NCBI GenBank assembly: GCA_015486185.1
Contig: WFSC01000373.1
Coordinates: 1 to 44,407 of the forward strand
Reading direction: 5' to 3'
Length of the DNA stretch: 44,407 bases
Origin: Bacteroidales bacterium
GTDB lineage: Bacteria; Bacteroidota; Bacteroidia; Bacteroidales; VadinHA17
Both the position numbers and the translations under genes were made by a program. This document shows, piece after piece, positions 1-8,734 of the stretch. The notes under the pieces were generated by a model. That model saw nothing but the letters and a program-made list of their open reading frames with translations. It was not told where the DNA came from and searched no databases. How positions within the stretch are numbered: position 1 is the first letter of the stretch; each line of letters opens with the position of its first letter.

Positions 1-1145
1 CGGATCAGATAGAGAAATCCATGATGCAGGGAATTGCTTTATTTGACGGCTATTACTATAACTGGATTATTGAGAACAATCTTATTGTAACTGACAGTTG
101 GCACGGTATATCACTGTTGGGCACAGATAACTCTAAAATTGCCAATAATACCATCCTTACCAATCCCATTTACAATCCCCTGGTTCTGAACGGCACTCCT
201 GTCAAGGAGATGACCCCCTGGATATGGGTGGGGCCCCTGAAAGATGACCGGGGCGGCGGTCCCAGCAACAACAATATTATCCGGAACAATCTGATCATTC
301 AGAGCAATGCCGGGTTCAATGGCAACCAAAGCATTTACGACCAGGGAGAAAATACCCTGATCCAGCATAACCAGGAAATTCCTGCCGGCCAGGAAAACAA
401 CTGGTTTACTGATCCGGAAAATTTCGATTATCATCTGAAAAATAGTTCTCCGGCCGTTAACTATGGCATCAATATCGATCTCCCTGAAACAGATCTGGAT
501 CAGGATGCCCGCCTGGTAGGGCCTTCAGTCGATGCCGGAGCCTACGAATGTCAGACCAATACAGCAGGTGAAAACGCCCCTGTACTGGATCCTGTAGTCA
601 ATGACAGTATCATGGAAGGCGACACACTGATCCTGACCTTTGCAGCCACAGATGCCGATCATGATTCCCTCTCATTTACCCTCTCCCCTGCCGTTCCATT
701 CGTCAGTTTCACAGATAACAGGAACGGTACGGCTACCCTCAATGTTACTCCCGTCACCGGAAATTACGGGAGCTATCAGTTCAATATAGTTGTCACAGAC
801 GGAACTTATACCAATACACGTTCTTTTATCATTTATATTACCAAAAACCCGGATCTGGTCCGTACTGATCTTTTCAGGGAAAACTTTAACCTGTATCCTA
901 ATCCGGTGCATAACGGGTCCGTTTTCCTGCAGGTAACAAACACATCATTCCGTACCGGGGAGTTACTGGTCACGGATATAACTGGTAAAACCGTTTACAG
1001 CCGGGAGCTGTCCGGCCTGACAGCAAATAACAGAATAAGAATCGAAGCACCGTGGACACGGAAAAATGGTTTGTATATCCTGAAGATCGTCTCAGACACA
1101 GGGAAAGTCGTAACAACCAAAGTATTGGTTACGTGTAATAAATAA
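1..1145 (+). CDS. Secreted right-handed parallel beta-helix (pectate-lyase fold) repeat protein with an Ig/cadherin-like domain and a T9SS C-terminal sorting domain. The 5' end is cut by the window edge.
   Basis: ORF 21..1145. The frame stays open back to nt 3, so the true N-terminus lies upstream. Beta-helix rungs are visible (IANNTILTN, IIRNNLIIQSN), followed by the cap-like motif 'DLDQDARLVGPSVDAGAYE'. An Ig-like segment 'LILTFAATDADHDSLSFTLSP' follows. The C-terminal tail is 'LYPNPVHNGSVFLQV...GLYILKIV'. Confidence 0.8.
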   Translation, partial: DQIEKSMMQGIALFDGYYYNWIIENNLIVTDSWHGISLLGTDNSKIANNTILTNPIYNPLVLNGTPVKEMTPWIWVGPLKDDRGGGPSNNNIIRNNLIIQSNAGFNGNQSIYDQGENTLIQHNQEIPAGQENNWFTDPENFDYHLKNSSPAVNYGINIDLPETDLDQDARLVGPSVDAGAYECQTNTAGENAPVLDPVVNDSIMEGDTLILTFAATDADHDSLSFTLSPAVPFVSFTDNRNGTATLNVTPVTGNYGSYQFNIVVTDGTYTNTRSFIIYITKNPDLVRTDLFRENFNLYPNPVHNGSVFLQVTNTSFRTGELLVTDITGKTVYSRELSGLTANNRIRIEAPWTRKNGLYILKIVSDTGKVVTTKVLVTCNK

Positions 1146-1164
1146 TAGCAGCAGGAAATAAATA

Positions 1165-3315
1165 CTATTTCAGGATAATACGAACTGATGTCTTCGTTTT
1201 TCCCTGCCTCACAGCCAACAGATAAGCTCCCTTCAGAAAACCCGACATATCTATCTGAACAGGATTAAAACTCTTCTTTTCAGACAAGTCTTTCATAAAA
1301 TATTGCCGGCCGGAACTATCACACAGTCTGATCTGTACAGGTCCGGACGACCTGACCGGATGCACGATGACATTCAACATATGAGTTACAGGATTGGGAT
1401 AACAATGAATAGCAACATTCCCTTTATTCGTAGCCGGCAATATTCCCGTCGATAAACGAAAGATGTCGAAATCCACTTCCGTCAGACTGTTCCAATCATT
1501 CTGACTATTCCCGAATCCGACGATACGAACATACCGTGTAGTTACTGTATCCGGCAAAGTAAATGTCTGAAACCCTGTTGTGGTACCCGAACCGGTACCA
1601 TACAGAACAATATGGTACTGGGTACCGTCTTCCGAAACCTGAACCTGAAAATATGCCTGCCGTTGATCACCCAGGTAAAAAGCGATCCTCACCGCTGTCA
1701 GATCGACCATTTCGCCAAGATCATATGTAATGTATTGTCCGTTTCCCTCGGCCGACCAACGGGTAGCCGTATCATTATCCAATGTATTTTCAGGGATATT
1801 GGGATCCTGCCAGGAGCTTGCAGAGACCTTAATATTTTTCAAAAGCGGATCCCTTACTTGTAAATGAACATTTTTTCCCGTTCTGTTCTCCTTTTTATCC
1901 GTAGCTATGATAGTAAAGGAATAATGACCCGTATCATTCGCCGTAGTATATATTCCCAACAGGGCAGAATCCTTTCCCGTAGATCTAAAGGTCACAAACT
2001 CCGGTTGTCCGCTGATACTCAGAGCGACGGAGTCTCCTTTATCCAGATCCAAGGCTGTCACCACTACCATTGTCGTATCTCCGCCATAAAGAGTACCGGG
2101 TAAATTCATCATGACCTCCGGCGGATTATTAGTATTTACCCTCTGTCTGAAGCGCTTAACTGCCTCAAGAAAATAATAGTCGGCCCAGTTTTCCGGTACA
2201 TCCACTTCCCGGTTGGCAGGTTTATTGCCGGTAGAATGTTTAAGAATAAAATAATGATTGGTTCCGGGATCAGCCATGTAAACATTTGATGAAAGAGATC
2301 GCAGGATCCGGGCAGCCGCCCGGATATAATAAGCTGAATCCTGCAGTGAATAACCGGAAAGCTCAATCAGGGCGGAAGCAGTGATGGCAGCAGCCGAAGC
2401 ATCCCTCGGTTCATCCGGTATATTGGTAGCAAGATAATCCCAGTAAGGAATCATGTCAGCAGGCATGCCCGGCCAGGAAAGAATAAAATGAGCTATGTGT
2501 TCGGCGAAATGCAAATAGGAAGTATCTCCTGTTTCACGGTAACACATAACAAACCCATATAAACCCCATGCCTGCCCTCTAGCCCAGTCAGAGCTGTCAG
2601 AAGCACCTTGGGCTGTGGTCTTACTGATCACATTACCTGTCTCAGGATCATAATCCACAACATGCCACGAACTGTAATCAACCCGGTAATGATTTTTCAT
2701 GGTGGTATTGGCATGACTTACCGCTATGTTATAAAAGGAAGAATCACCTGTTTCACGGGTGGCCCGGAAAAGCAATTCCAGGTTCATCATATTATCAATA
2801 ATGACCGGAAATGACCAGTTCCCGAAATCCCATGACCGGATACACCCTACAACAGGATTAAAACGAGTAGCAAGTGAACGGGCTGCATCCAGCATAACCG
2901 TACGGTAAGCGGTGTCATGCATCAGCCGGTAACCGTTCCCAAAACTGCAATTGAACATAAAACCCAGATCATGCGTACCTGTATTGTATCGCTGGGAAGA
3001 TATGGAAGCCGTCCATTTTACGGCTGCTTTAAAAAATTCAGGATCGCCGGTCTGTTCATACAAATACCAGAGACTTCCGGGAAAGAAACCACTGGTCCAG
3101 TCACCGGCCGTCACCAGTTTAATACTCCCGTCTGCATCGACAGTACGTGGATAATGCAGCGAATCGGGAAGGATTTCTGCCATACTGCGATACTGCTCCA
3201 ATGAAACTTTAATTATATAATTTGCATTGATACTATCGGTAACCGATTGGGCCTTTATATTATGTAATGCCGGCAGGAACGTAAATATAAATATGTAAAA
3301 TATTTTCCTTCTCAT
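1165..3315 (-). CDS. GH88-like unsaturated glucuronyl hydrolase fused to an Ig-like domain, an F5/8 type C (CBM32-like) domain and a T9SS C-terminal sorting domain
   Basis: 716-aa ORF with signal peptide MRRKIFYIFIFTFLPALHNIKAQ. The N-terminal ~390 aa carry (alpha/alpha)6 GH88-type motifs (DWTSGFFPGSLWYLYE, HDLGFMF, RGQAWGLYGF). A discoidin-like segment follows (TLDNDTATRWSAEGNGQYITYDLG...VRIVGFGNSQNDWNSLTEV). The tail is 'CYPNPVTHMLNVIV...GAYLLAV'. Confidence 0.8.
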   Translation of the reverse strand: MRRKIFYIFIFTFLPALHNIKAQSVTDSINANYIIKVSLEQYRSMAEILPDSLHYPRTVDADGSIKLVTAGDWTSGFFPGSLWYLYEQTGDPEFFKAAVKWTASISSQRYNTGTHDLGFMFNCSFGNGYRLMHDTAYRTVMLDAARSLATRFNPVVGCIRSWDFGNWSFPVIIDNMMNLELLFRATRETGDSSFYNIAVSHANTTMKNHYRVDYSSWHVVDYDPETGNVISKTTAQGASDSSDWARGQAWGLYGFVMCYRETGDTSYLHFAEHIAHFILSWPGMPADMIPYWDYLATNIPDEPRDASAAAITASALIELSGYSLQDSAYYIRAAARILRSLSSNVYMADPGTNHYFILKHSTGNKPANREVDVPENWADYYFLEAVKRFRQRVNTNNPPEVMMNLPGTLYGGDTTMVVVTALDLDKGDSVALSISGQPEFVTFRSTGKDSALLGIYTTANDTGHYSFTIIATDKKENRTGKNVHLQVRDPLLKNIKVSASSWQDPNIPENTLDNDTATRWSAEGNGQYITYDLGEMVDLTAVRIAFYLGDQRQAYFQVQVSEDGTQYHIVLYGTGSGTTTGFQTFTLPDTVTTRYVRIVGFGNSQNDWNSLTEVDFDIFRLSTGILPATNKGNVAIHCYPNPVTHMLNVIVHPVRSSGPVQIRLCDSSGRQYFMKDLSEKKSFNPVQIDMSGFLKGAYLLAVRQGKTKTSVRIILK

Positions 3316-3913
3316 TCTCCGTGATCTTCAATTTAACATTTCAACTACTTTATAATCCTCAATACAAACCCATCATCTGATCTTCCAGCTGAGGTCACAT
3401 GCACTTAATTCTATATAATAATACAAAATATATCATTGTTAAATCCATTCAAAATTAACAAAATCATTTAGATAATATCCTGATCTTATGATCATTATTG
3501 TTTGTATAATTTTTTTGGCTTATATCTGATCAGATTCTGTAAGACATAGTAAGGTCCCATTAAAGGTCTTACATCATTATATGGCGGATAAATAAATTGC
3601 AGCGACACTCGTTTTAAGTTTTTTCATGTTAAACGTCCTTTTCCAAAAAATATATATTAAATCAAAAAGCTGAAAATAAAGGCTCCTTATTTAGAAGGCC
3701 TCTAAATTTTACTTTATTAAATATTTTTTTATGCGCCAATTTTAGCAAAATATTCTTACTTAAAACATTGTTCTTTTATTTATATATACACAACTCCCAT
3801 AAAAACAAACAATCTATAATTATACGCCATAAATAAAACTTATTGCATTGATTATCTGATATTTACGAATGTTTTTAAAAATTATTATTTATCTTTGTAA
3901 ATGATCAAAAACT
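3316..3913. promoter_or_regulatory. AT-rich ~600-bp divergent intergenic region between the GH88-like gene (-) and the first DNRLRE-like gene (+); presumed divergent PUL promoters and operators
   Basis: No ORF of 60 aa or more on either strand. The region is visibly much more AT-rich than the flanking coding DNA and is flanked by divergently oriented start codons. It contains a 7-bp inverted repeat, GTAAGAC...GTCTTAC, near 3539-3575. Confidence 0.5.
3890..3897 (+). promoter_or_regulatory. Candidate Bacteroidota -7 promoter element (TAnnTTTG)
   Basis: TATCTTTG at 3890-3897 matches the TAnnTTTG consensus. It lies 17 nt upstream of ATG 3914 and 41 nt upstream of ATG 3938. No clear -33 TTTG was seen. 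Confidence 0.35.
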
Positions 3914-5545
3914 ATGTTTAACCAAAAAAGACCGATTATGAAAAAAAATTTACTTTTCCGTATTTGTTTTATTTTCCTGTTGTTTTTTGCAACCTACCAG
4001 ACACAGGCTCAAACCAGGCAGATCCTTCTCCGGACCAATGCTGATGTTACACTTTGCCGGGCAAAACCTGATCTGAATCTTGGGTATGATTACAGCAACG
4101 AGATGTGTAACTGGGACTCCATTAACATATATGGCGGGAATGACTCTCCGGAAGAATCCTGGGTGCGGTGGGATCTTGGAAATATCGAAAGTCAGTTGCT
4201 GCCCGGAGAAGAAATTCTTTATGTGGAAGCCATATTCAGGGTATCCTGGAACAGTGGCGATACAGCCAATGCACAAGGTTATAGGGTACTTCATCTGTGG
4301 AGCTCGGCTTTTGACAGTTGGAATGAAGGCAACGGCGTTCCCGGCGGCGCACAGGATAATCTGAACGGACTAACCTGGAACAAAGCAAAATCATTTGCCC
4401 ATGACTTTGAAGATCCGGCTTATCTTGACACTTTGTTTGTTAAAAAATATGCCGGTGTGGTTCCGCAAAAGGAATATGTTAATGTAACAAAGGCCGTCAT
4501 GTCAGAACTGAGCGATACAGGGAACAAGATCCTTACCTTACGGGTCGTACCTTATGATTATGATTATGAAAACATCGTCCGGAAAAAATGGCTGGGTTTT
4601 ATTTCCCTTAATTCTCCCGCCTCTTCCTGGAATCTGGAGGTAGATGATGACGGTTATCCGGTGGAAGCACCTCATTTGCGCTTTTACGTCGGTGTTCCCA
4701 TGCACCGGTTCAGCGACTGGGAGAAAATGGGAGATACGACCTATTATAAATTTAAACCCTTTGCTTTCGGTACCTGGATGGTGGAAGAAGATGAAGGAGA
4801 TATCCGTCTGCACCTGGCCCAAAAAACGACCGTTGATACCAATAACTGGAATCCGGGCGCTTTGGCAATTTTTACGGATACTACTTTTCAGGATTTCGAC
4901 CTCCACCTGAAAGCAAAAATGGACTATGTCACTCCATCGGGCATCTTTTTCCCGTTCAATGATTTTATTACCGTTTTCGGATATATTGACAATAACAACT
5001 TTTCATATTTTGCTTTTTACGGGGATGACGAAAGCGGGACATTCAGGGTGATCGACGGAAAACGTTACCGGGTCGGAGAAGCCAAACCCATGCCTGCCAT
5101 GACCGACACTCTTTATCATAACTACAGGATCGTAAGGACCGGTTCCACCGTAACTGCTTACATTGACAGTGTGGAATATTATTCTGTCACCAATGATTCC
5201 CTCAACACAGCAGGAAAAGTCGGGGTAGGGTCACACAACGATGAAGTATTTTTCGATGACATCTGGGTAGATGGTTATAGTGTTGTTTCAGCAGTTCATA
5301 CGCTCAGGGCTCCGGTAGATGCCCAGCTCTTCCCAAATCCTGTCCGGGATCAGTTAAATATCAGATCTGCTGATAATATCGATTACTATAAAATACGGAA
5401 TGTTATCGGAAAAACGGTTCAGGAAGGTACCATGTATGGCTCGGGAACGACCCGTCTTGATGTTTCAAGCATGCCCGCCGGGATCTATTTCATCACCATA
5501 CATACCGGAAATAACCAGGTAGTTAAAAAATTCATTAAAAAATAA
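3914..5545 (+). CDS. T9SS-secreted protein with an N-terminal DNRLRE/CBM96-like module, a central LamG/DUF1080-like jelly-roll and a Por C-terminal domain (paralog A)
   Basis: 543-aa ORF. The more likely start is ATG 3938 (MKKNLLFRICFIFLLFFATYQTQAQ). The N-terminal 'ADVTLCRAKPDLNLGY...WVRWDL' resembles DNRLRE domains. 'GTFRVIDGKRYRVGE...YHNYRIVRTGSTVTAYIDS...VGVGSHNDEVFFDDIWV' is concanavalin/LamG-like. The tail is 'LFPNPVRDQLNIRS...GIYFITI'. It is a strong paralog of 10354..11895. Confidence 0.8.
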   Translation: MFNQKRPIMKKNLLFRICFIFLLFFATYQTQAQTRQILLRTNADVTLCRAKPDLNLGYDYSNEMCNWDSINIYGGNDSPEESWVRWDLGNIESQLLPGEEILYVEAIFRVSWNSGDTANAQGYRVLHLWSSAFDSWNEGNGVPGGAQDNLNGLTWNKAKSFAHDFEDPAYLDTLFVKKYAGVVPQKEYVNVTKAVMSELSDTGNKILTLRVVPYDYDYENIVRKKWLGFISLNSPASSWNLEVDDDGYPVEAPHLRFYVGVPMHRFSDWEKMGDTTYYKFKPFAFGTWMVEEDEGDIRLHLAQKTTVDTNNWNPGALAIFTDTTFQDFDLHLKAKMDYVTPSGIFFPFNDFITVFGYIDNNNFSYFAFYGDDESGTFRVIDGKRYRVGEAKPMPAMTDTLYHNYRIVRTGSTVTAYIDSVEYYSVTNDSLNTAGKVGVGSHNDEVFFDDIWVDGYSVVSAVHTLRAPVDAQLFPNPVRDQLNIRSADNIDYYKIRNVIGKTVQEGTMYGSGTTRLDVSSMPAGIYFITIHTGNNQVVKKFIKK

Positions 5546-5559
5546 TCACAGGGAACAAA

Positions 5560-5612
5560 CCTGCAGGAGTAATTTATTCCCTGAGAATTCATTCTCCTGC
5601 AGGCTTTTTTAT
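5560..5612 (+). terminator. Rho-independent terminator-like hairpin between DNRLRE paralog A and susC-like gene
   Basis: CCTGCAGGAG (5560-5569) pairs perfectly with CTCCTGCAGG (5594-5603), leaving a 24-nt loop. A T6 run follows at 5605-5610. Confidence 0.5.
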
Positions 5613-5642
5613 TCTTATAAACATTTTTAACAATTAGCAGAA

Positions 5643-8600
5643 ATGATGAAACTGTTGATCAACAGGCTATGGTTACTAACTTTTCTGATTGCACTACCCG
5701 TACATGCCCAACAGTTGGAAATTACCGGAAGTGTCACCGACGCTGCCGACGGTTCACCTTTGCCAGGTGTTAATATAATTATCAAAGGCACAACCCGGGG
5801 TACTGCCACAGACGCTGACGGTCATTTTAAAATTACGGCATCCAAAGGAAGCACGCTGGAATTTTCCTTTGTCGGATATGAAGTACAGGAAGTTACAGTA
5901 AAAGATCAGACTGTCATTAATGTGGCTCTTAAGATGAAAACAGAAAAGATCAATGAGGTGGTAAAGGTAGGTTATGGCACTATGAAAAAAAGTGACATTA
6001 CAGGCTCCATCACTTCCGTTAATTCGAAAGAACTGACCGAACGCCCTGTCACGAGCATCGACATGGCCCTGCAAAGCCGTGTTGCAGGCATGCAGGTTTC
6101 ATCAACCAGTGGCATGCCGGGGGCCGGTGCGAGGATCAGGATCAGGGGGCAGGGTTCATTGGCTACATCCAGTGATCCGCTCTGGGTCATTGACGGCTAT
6201 GTTGGTGCCGATATCAACACCGTCGCACCGGAAGATATCGAAAGTATAGAAGTGCTGAAAGATGCATCTTCCACAGCCATTTACGGAGCCCGTGGTGGAA
6301 ACGGCGTTATCCTCGTTACAACAAAAAAAGGAAAAGCAGGCCAAAACCATATGTCCTTTTCCTACTATTCCGAATTCAGGAATGTGACAAAAAAACTGGA
6401 TGTTCTGGATGCTCCCGAATATATGCGGCTCCGTAACAAAGCACTAACCAATGACGGCTTTCCGGATCAGTTCACGGAAGAAGAGATCGATCTGGAAGAA
6501 CCTGTAGCATCAACAGGATATATTGCCAACACAGACTGGCAGGATGTTGTTTTCCGCGATGCCATGGCGCATTACTTTAACCTTATGTTCTCAGGCGGAA
6601 GTCAAAAAACCACCTTTTCCATTGGTGCAAATTTTAAGACAGAGGACGGGATCATCCATTATTCAGATTACAAAAAGGGGTCTCTACTCATGAACTTTAA
6701 CCATGAGATCAATGACAAAATGAAAACAGGGGTAAGCATCAAAGCTTATACAAACCGGCAGAGAGGATTCTCTGTGCCCACCACTTCAACATGGGCCTAC
6801 GGAGCCGCCGGAGGGGCGGTCATCTCCCTCCCTATTTATCCTGTGTATGATTCACTGGGTGATTATTACACAACCAACATATGGGACAATCCCCTGCTGG
6901 CAGCAGAAGGTGATAAAGATGTGCGTACCAATGCAGACGGTCAGGGAAGTTTTTATTTCAGTTACGAACCATTGCCTGGTCTTACTCTGAAAACCTCACT
7001 GGCGGGGGAATTTCGCACCAGTATGCGCACCCGGTTCGTCACTTCCCGCTTAACCGAGGCTACCCTGACACAGAACCTGGCTAAAGGACTGATAGCCCAG
7101 GGAAACTTTGCCAAATGGACAGGGAATATGGTGGCAACATACGATAAGACCTTCAGGCAGAACCATCATATCACCGCCATGCTTGGATTTGAACAGGAAG
7201 TAATTAACTCCAACTCGCACCAGATCAATGGTACAGACATCAATAAAGAATCCCTGTTATGGTATGATTTCAGTGCCTTTGACCCGGATCTTTACAAACC
7301 CTATTCTGACTGGTGGAAATCAGTTTATATCTCCCAGTTTGCCCGTTTAAACTATATTTTTAAAGATAAATATATATTCCAGGCCACCGTCAGAAGGGAC
7401 GGTTCATCTAAATTCGGACCCAACAATAAGTACGGCATTTTCCCTTCCTTTTCTGCAGCCTGGAAAATGCATCGTGAAAAATTCATTAGTGATCTGGGGC
7501 TTTTCAGCAACCTGAAAATGAGGGTCAGTTGGGGACAATCGGGAAACGATCGCATTGCCCTGTATCAATGGCTTCCGGAAATATCCTATAATGTAGCCCA
7601 TACCCTGGCGGTGTTTGGGGACAATGTGGTTCACGGGGCAGCCATCAGCAGGATACCTAATGAGAATATCGGATGGGAAGTATCTACTATCACTGACTTT
7701 GGTATGGATATGTCTTTCCTGGAAAACCGCATATACTTTAATTTTGACCTGTATGACCGGCTGACAAGCAATTTGCTGTGGGCTCAGTTATTACCTCTTT
7801 ATACCGGTTATGGTGATGGCTGGGAAACATCCGGAGTAAAGATCACTTCCAATCTGGCAAAAATGGATAATAAAGGATTGGAGATCGGTTTCGGTGGAAC
7901 CCCTGTAAACAAAGGTCCCTGGAAGTGGAATATAGATGTGAACTTCTCAACCAACAAAAACAAGGTTCTGAATCTCGGCGACCAGAAAGAATTTTATGTC
8001 GGGTACACGAAAATTGAAGTTGGAAAACCGATCGGGAATCTCTGGGGATTAAAAACAGACGGGCTTTATTCCGTTGACGACTCGATCAACGGTGAGATAC
8101 CCACAGGATTGCGGCCGGGAGATCAGAAATACGTGGATGAAAATGGTGACGGGGTTATCAACGACCTCGACAGGACCATTATAGGAAATGCCCTGCCGGA
8201 TTTTGTAATGGGGCTTAACTCCCGTCTTTCCTTCCGCAATTTCGAACTGAGCATGATCGTAAACTGGATCCAGGGAGTAGATATGTATAATGGCACCTAT
8301 GAATCTCTTGCAAAAGGAGACCTGGGAAGGCAGAACGGAGGAAAATTCCTGTTAAATGCCTGGACCCCTGAAAATCAAAATACGGATGTACCCAGACTGT
8401 CCACCAATTATCAGACCAAAACCAGCAATCGTTTTGTCGAAAATGCATCTTTTATCAAATTTTCAAATATACTGCTGGCATACAACGTCCCTCCCAACCT
8501 GTTAAAAAAGATAAAGCTAACCAACCTGCGCCTGTACATAAGCGGACAGAATCTTCTCACAATTACTTCCTATTCAGGTTTCGACCCCGAACAACAATCG

Positions 8601-8690
8601 GGAGGGGACTCAAATCTGAATATTGGTTTCGACAATAAAAATTATCCGTCTTACAGAAGTGTAACCATTGGATTAAATATCGGCTTATAA
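5643..8690 (+). CDS. SusC/RagA-family TonB-dependent outer-membrane transporter
   Basis: 1015 aa with signal peptide ...ALPVHAQQ. It has a carboxypeptidase-regulatory-like domain (ITGSVTDAADGSPLPGVNIIIKGTTRGTATDADGHF), a plug (GYGTMKKSDITGSI..., IESIEVLKDASSTAIYGARGGNGVILVTTKKG) and a C-terminal barrel ending ...TIGLNIGL. A SusD-like gene follows immediately. Confidence 0.95.
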   Translation: MMKLLINRLWLLTFLIALPVHAQQLEITGSVTDAADGSPLPGVNIIIKGTTRGTATDADGHFKITASKGSTLEFSFVGYEVQEVTVKDQTVINVALKMKTEKINEVVKVGYGTMKKSDITGSITSVNSKELTERPVTSIDMALQSRVAGMQVSSTSGMPGAGARIRIRGQGSLATSSDPLWVIDGYVGADINTVAPEDIESIEVLKDASSTAIYGARGGNGVILVTTKKGKAGQNHMSFSYYSEFRNVTKKLDVLDAPEYMRLRNKALTNDGFPDQFTEEEIDLEEPVASTGYIANTDWQDVVFRDAMAHYFNLMFSGGSQKTTFSIGANFKTEDGIIHYSDYKKGSLLMNFNHEINDKMKTGVSIKAYTNRQRGFSVPTTSTWAYGAAGGAVISLPIYPVYDSLGDYYTTNIWDNPLLAAEGDKDVRTNADGQGSFYFSYEPLPGLTLKTSLAGEFRTSMRTRFVTSRLTEATLTQNLAKGLIAQGNFAKWTGNMVATYDKTFRQNHHITAMLGFEQEVINSNSHQINGTDINKESLLWYDFSAFDPDLYKPYSDWWKSVYISQFARLNYIFKDKYIFQATVRRDGSSKFGPNNKYGIFPSFSAAWKMHREKFISDLGLFSNLKMRVSWGQSGNDRIALYQWLPEISYNVAHTLAVFGDNVVHGAAISRIPNENIGWEVSTITDFGMDMSFLENRIYFNFDLYDRLTSNLLWAQLLPLYTGYGDGWETSGVKITSNLAKMDNKGLEIGFGGTPVNKGPWKWNIDVNFSTNKNKVLNLGDQKEFYVGYTKIEVGKPIGNLWGLKTDGLYSVDDSINGEIPTGLRPGDQKYVDENGDGVINDLDRTIIGNALPDFVMGLNSRLSFRNFELSMIVNWIQGVDMYNGTYESLAKGDLGRQNGGKFLLNAWTPENQNTDVPRLSTNYQTKTSNRFVENASFIKFSNILLAYNVPPNLLKKIKLTNLRLYISGQNLLTITSYSGFDPEQQSGGDSNLNIGFDNKNYPSYRSVTIGLNIGL

Positions 8691-8734
8691 AACAGATGCG
8701 AAAAATGGATAAAGCAAAAATGATAAAGATAAAT

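Noticed and set aside
8696-8734. Longer N-terminal extensions proposed by the ORF track (8696, 10279, 19075, 22255, 25001, 33193, 33234(-))
   Set aside because: In each case a downstream ATG immediately precedes a canonical signal peptide, lipobox or conserved N-terminus. The extension would also overlap the neighbouring gene or lack any signal sequence.
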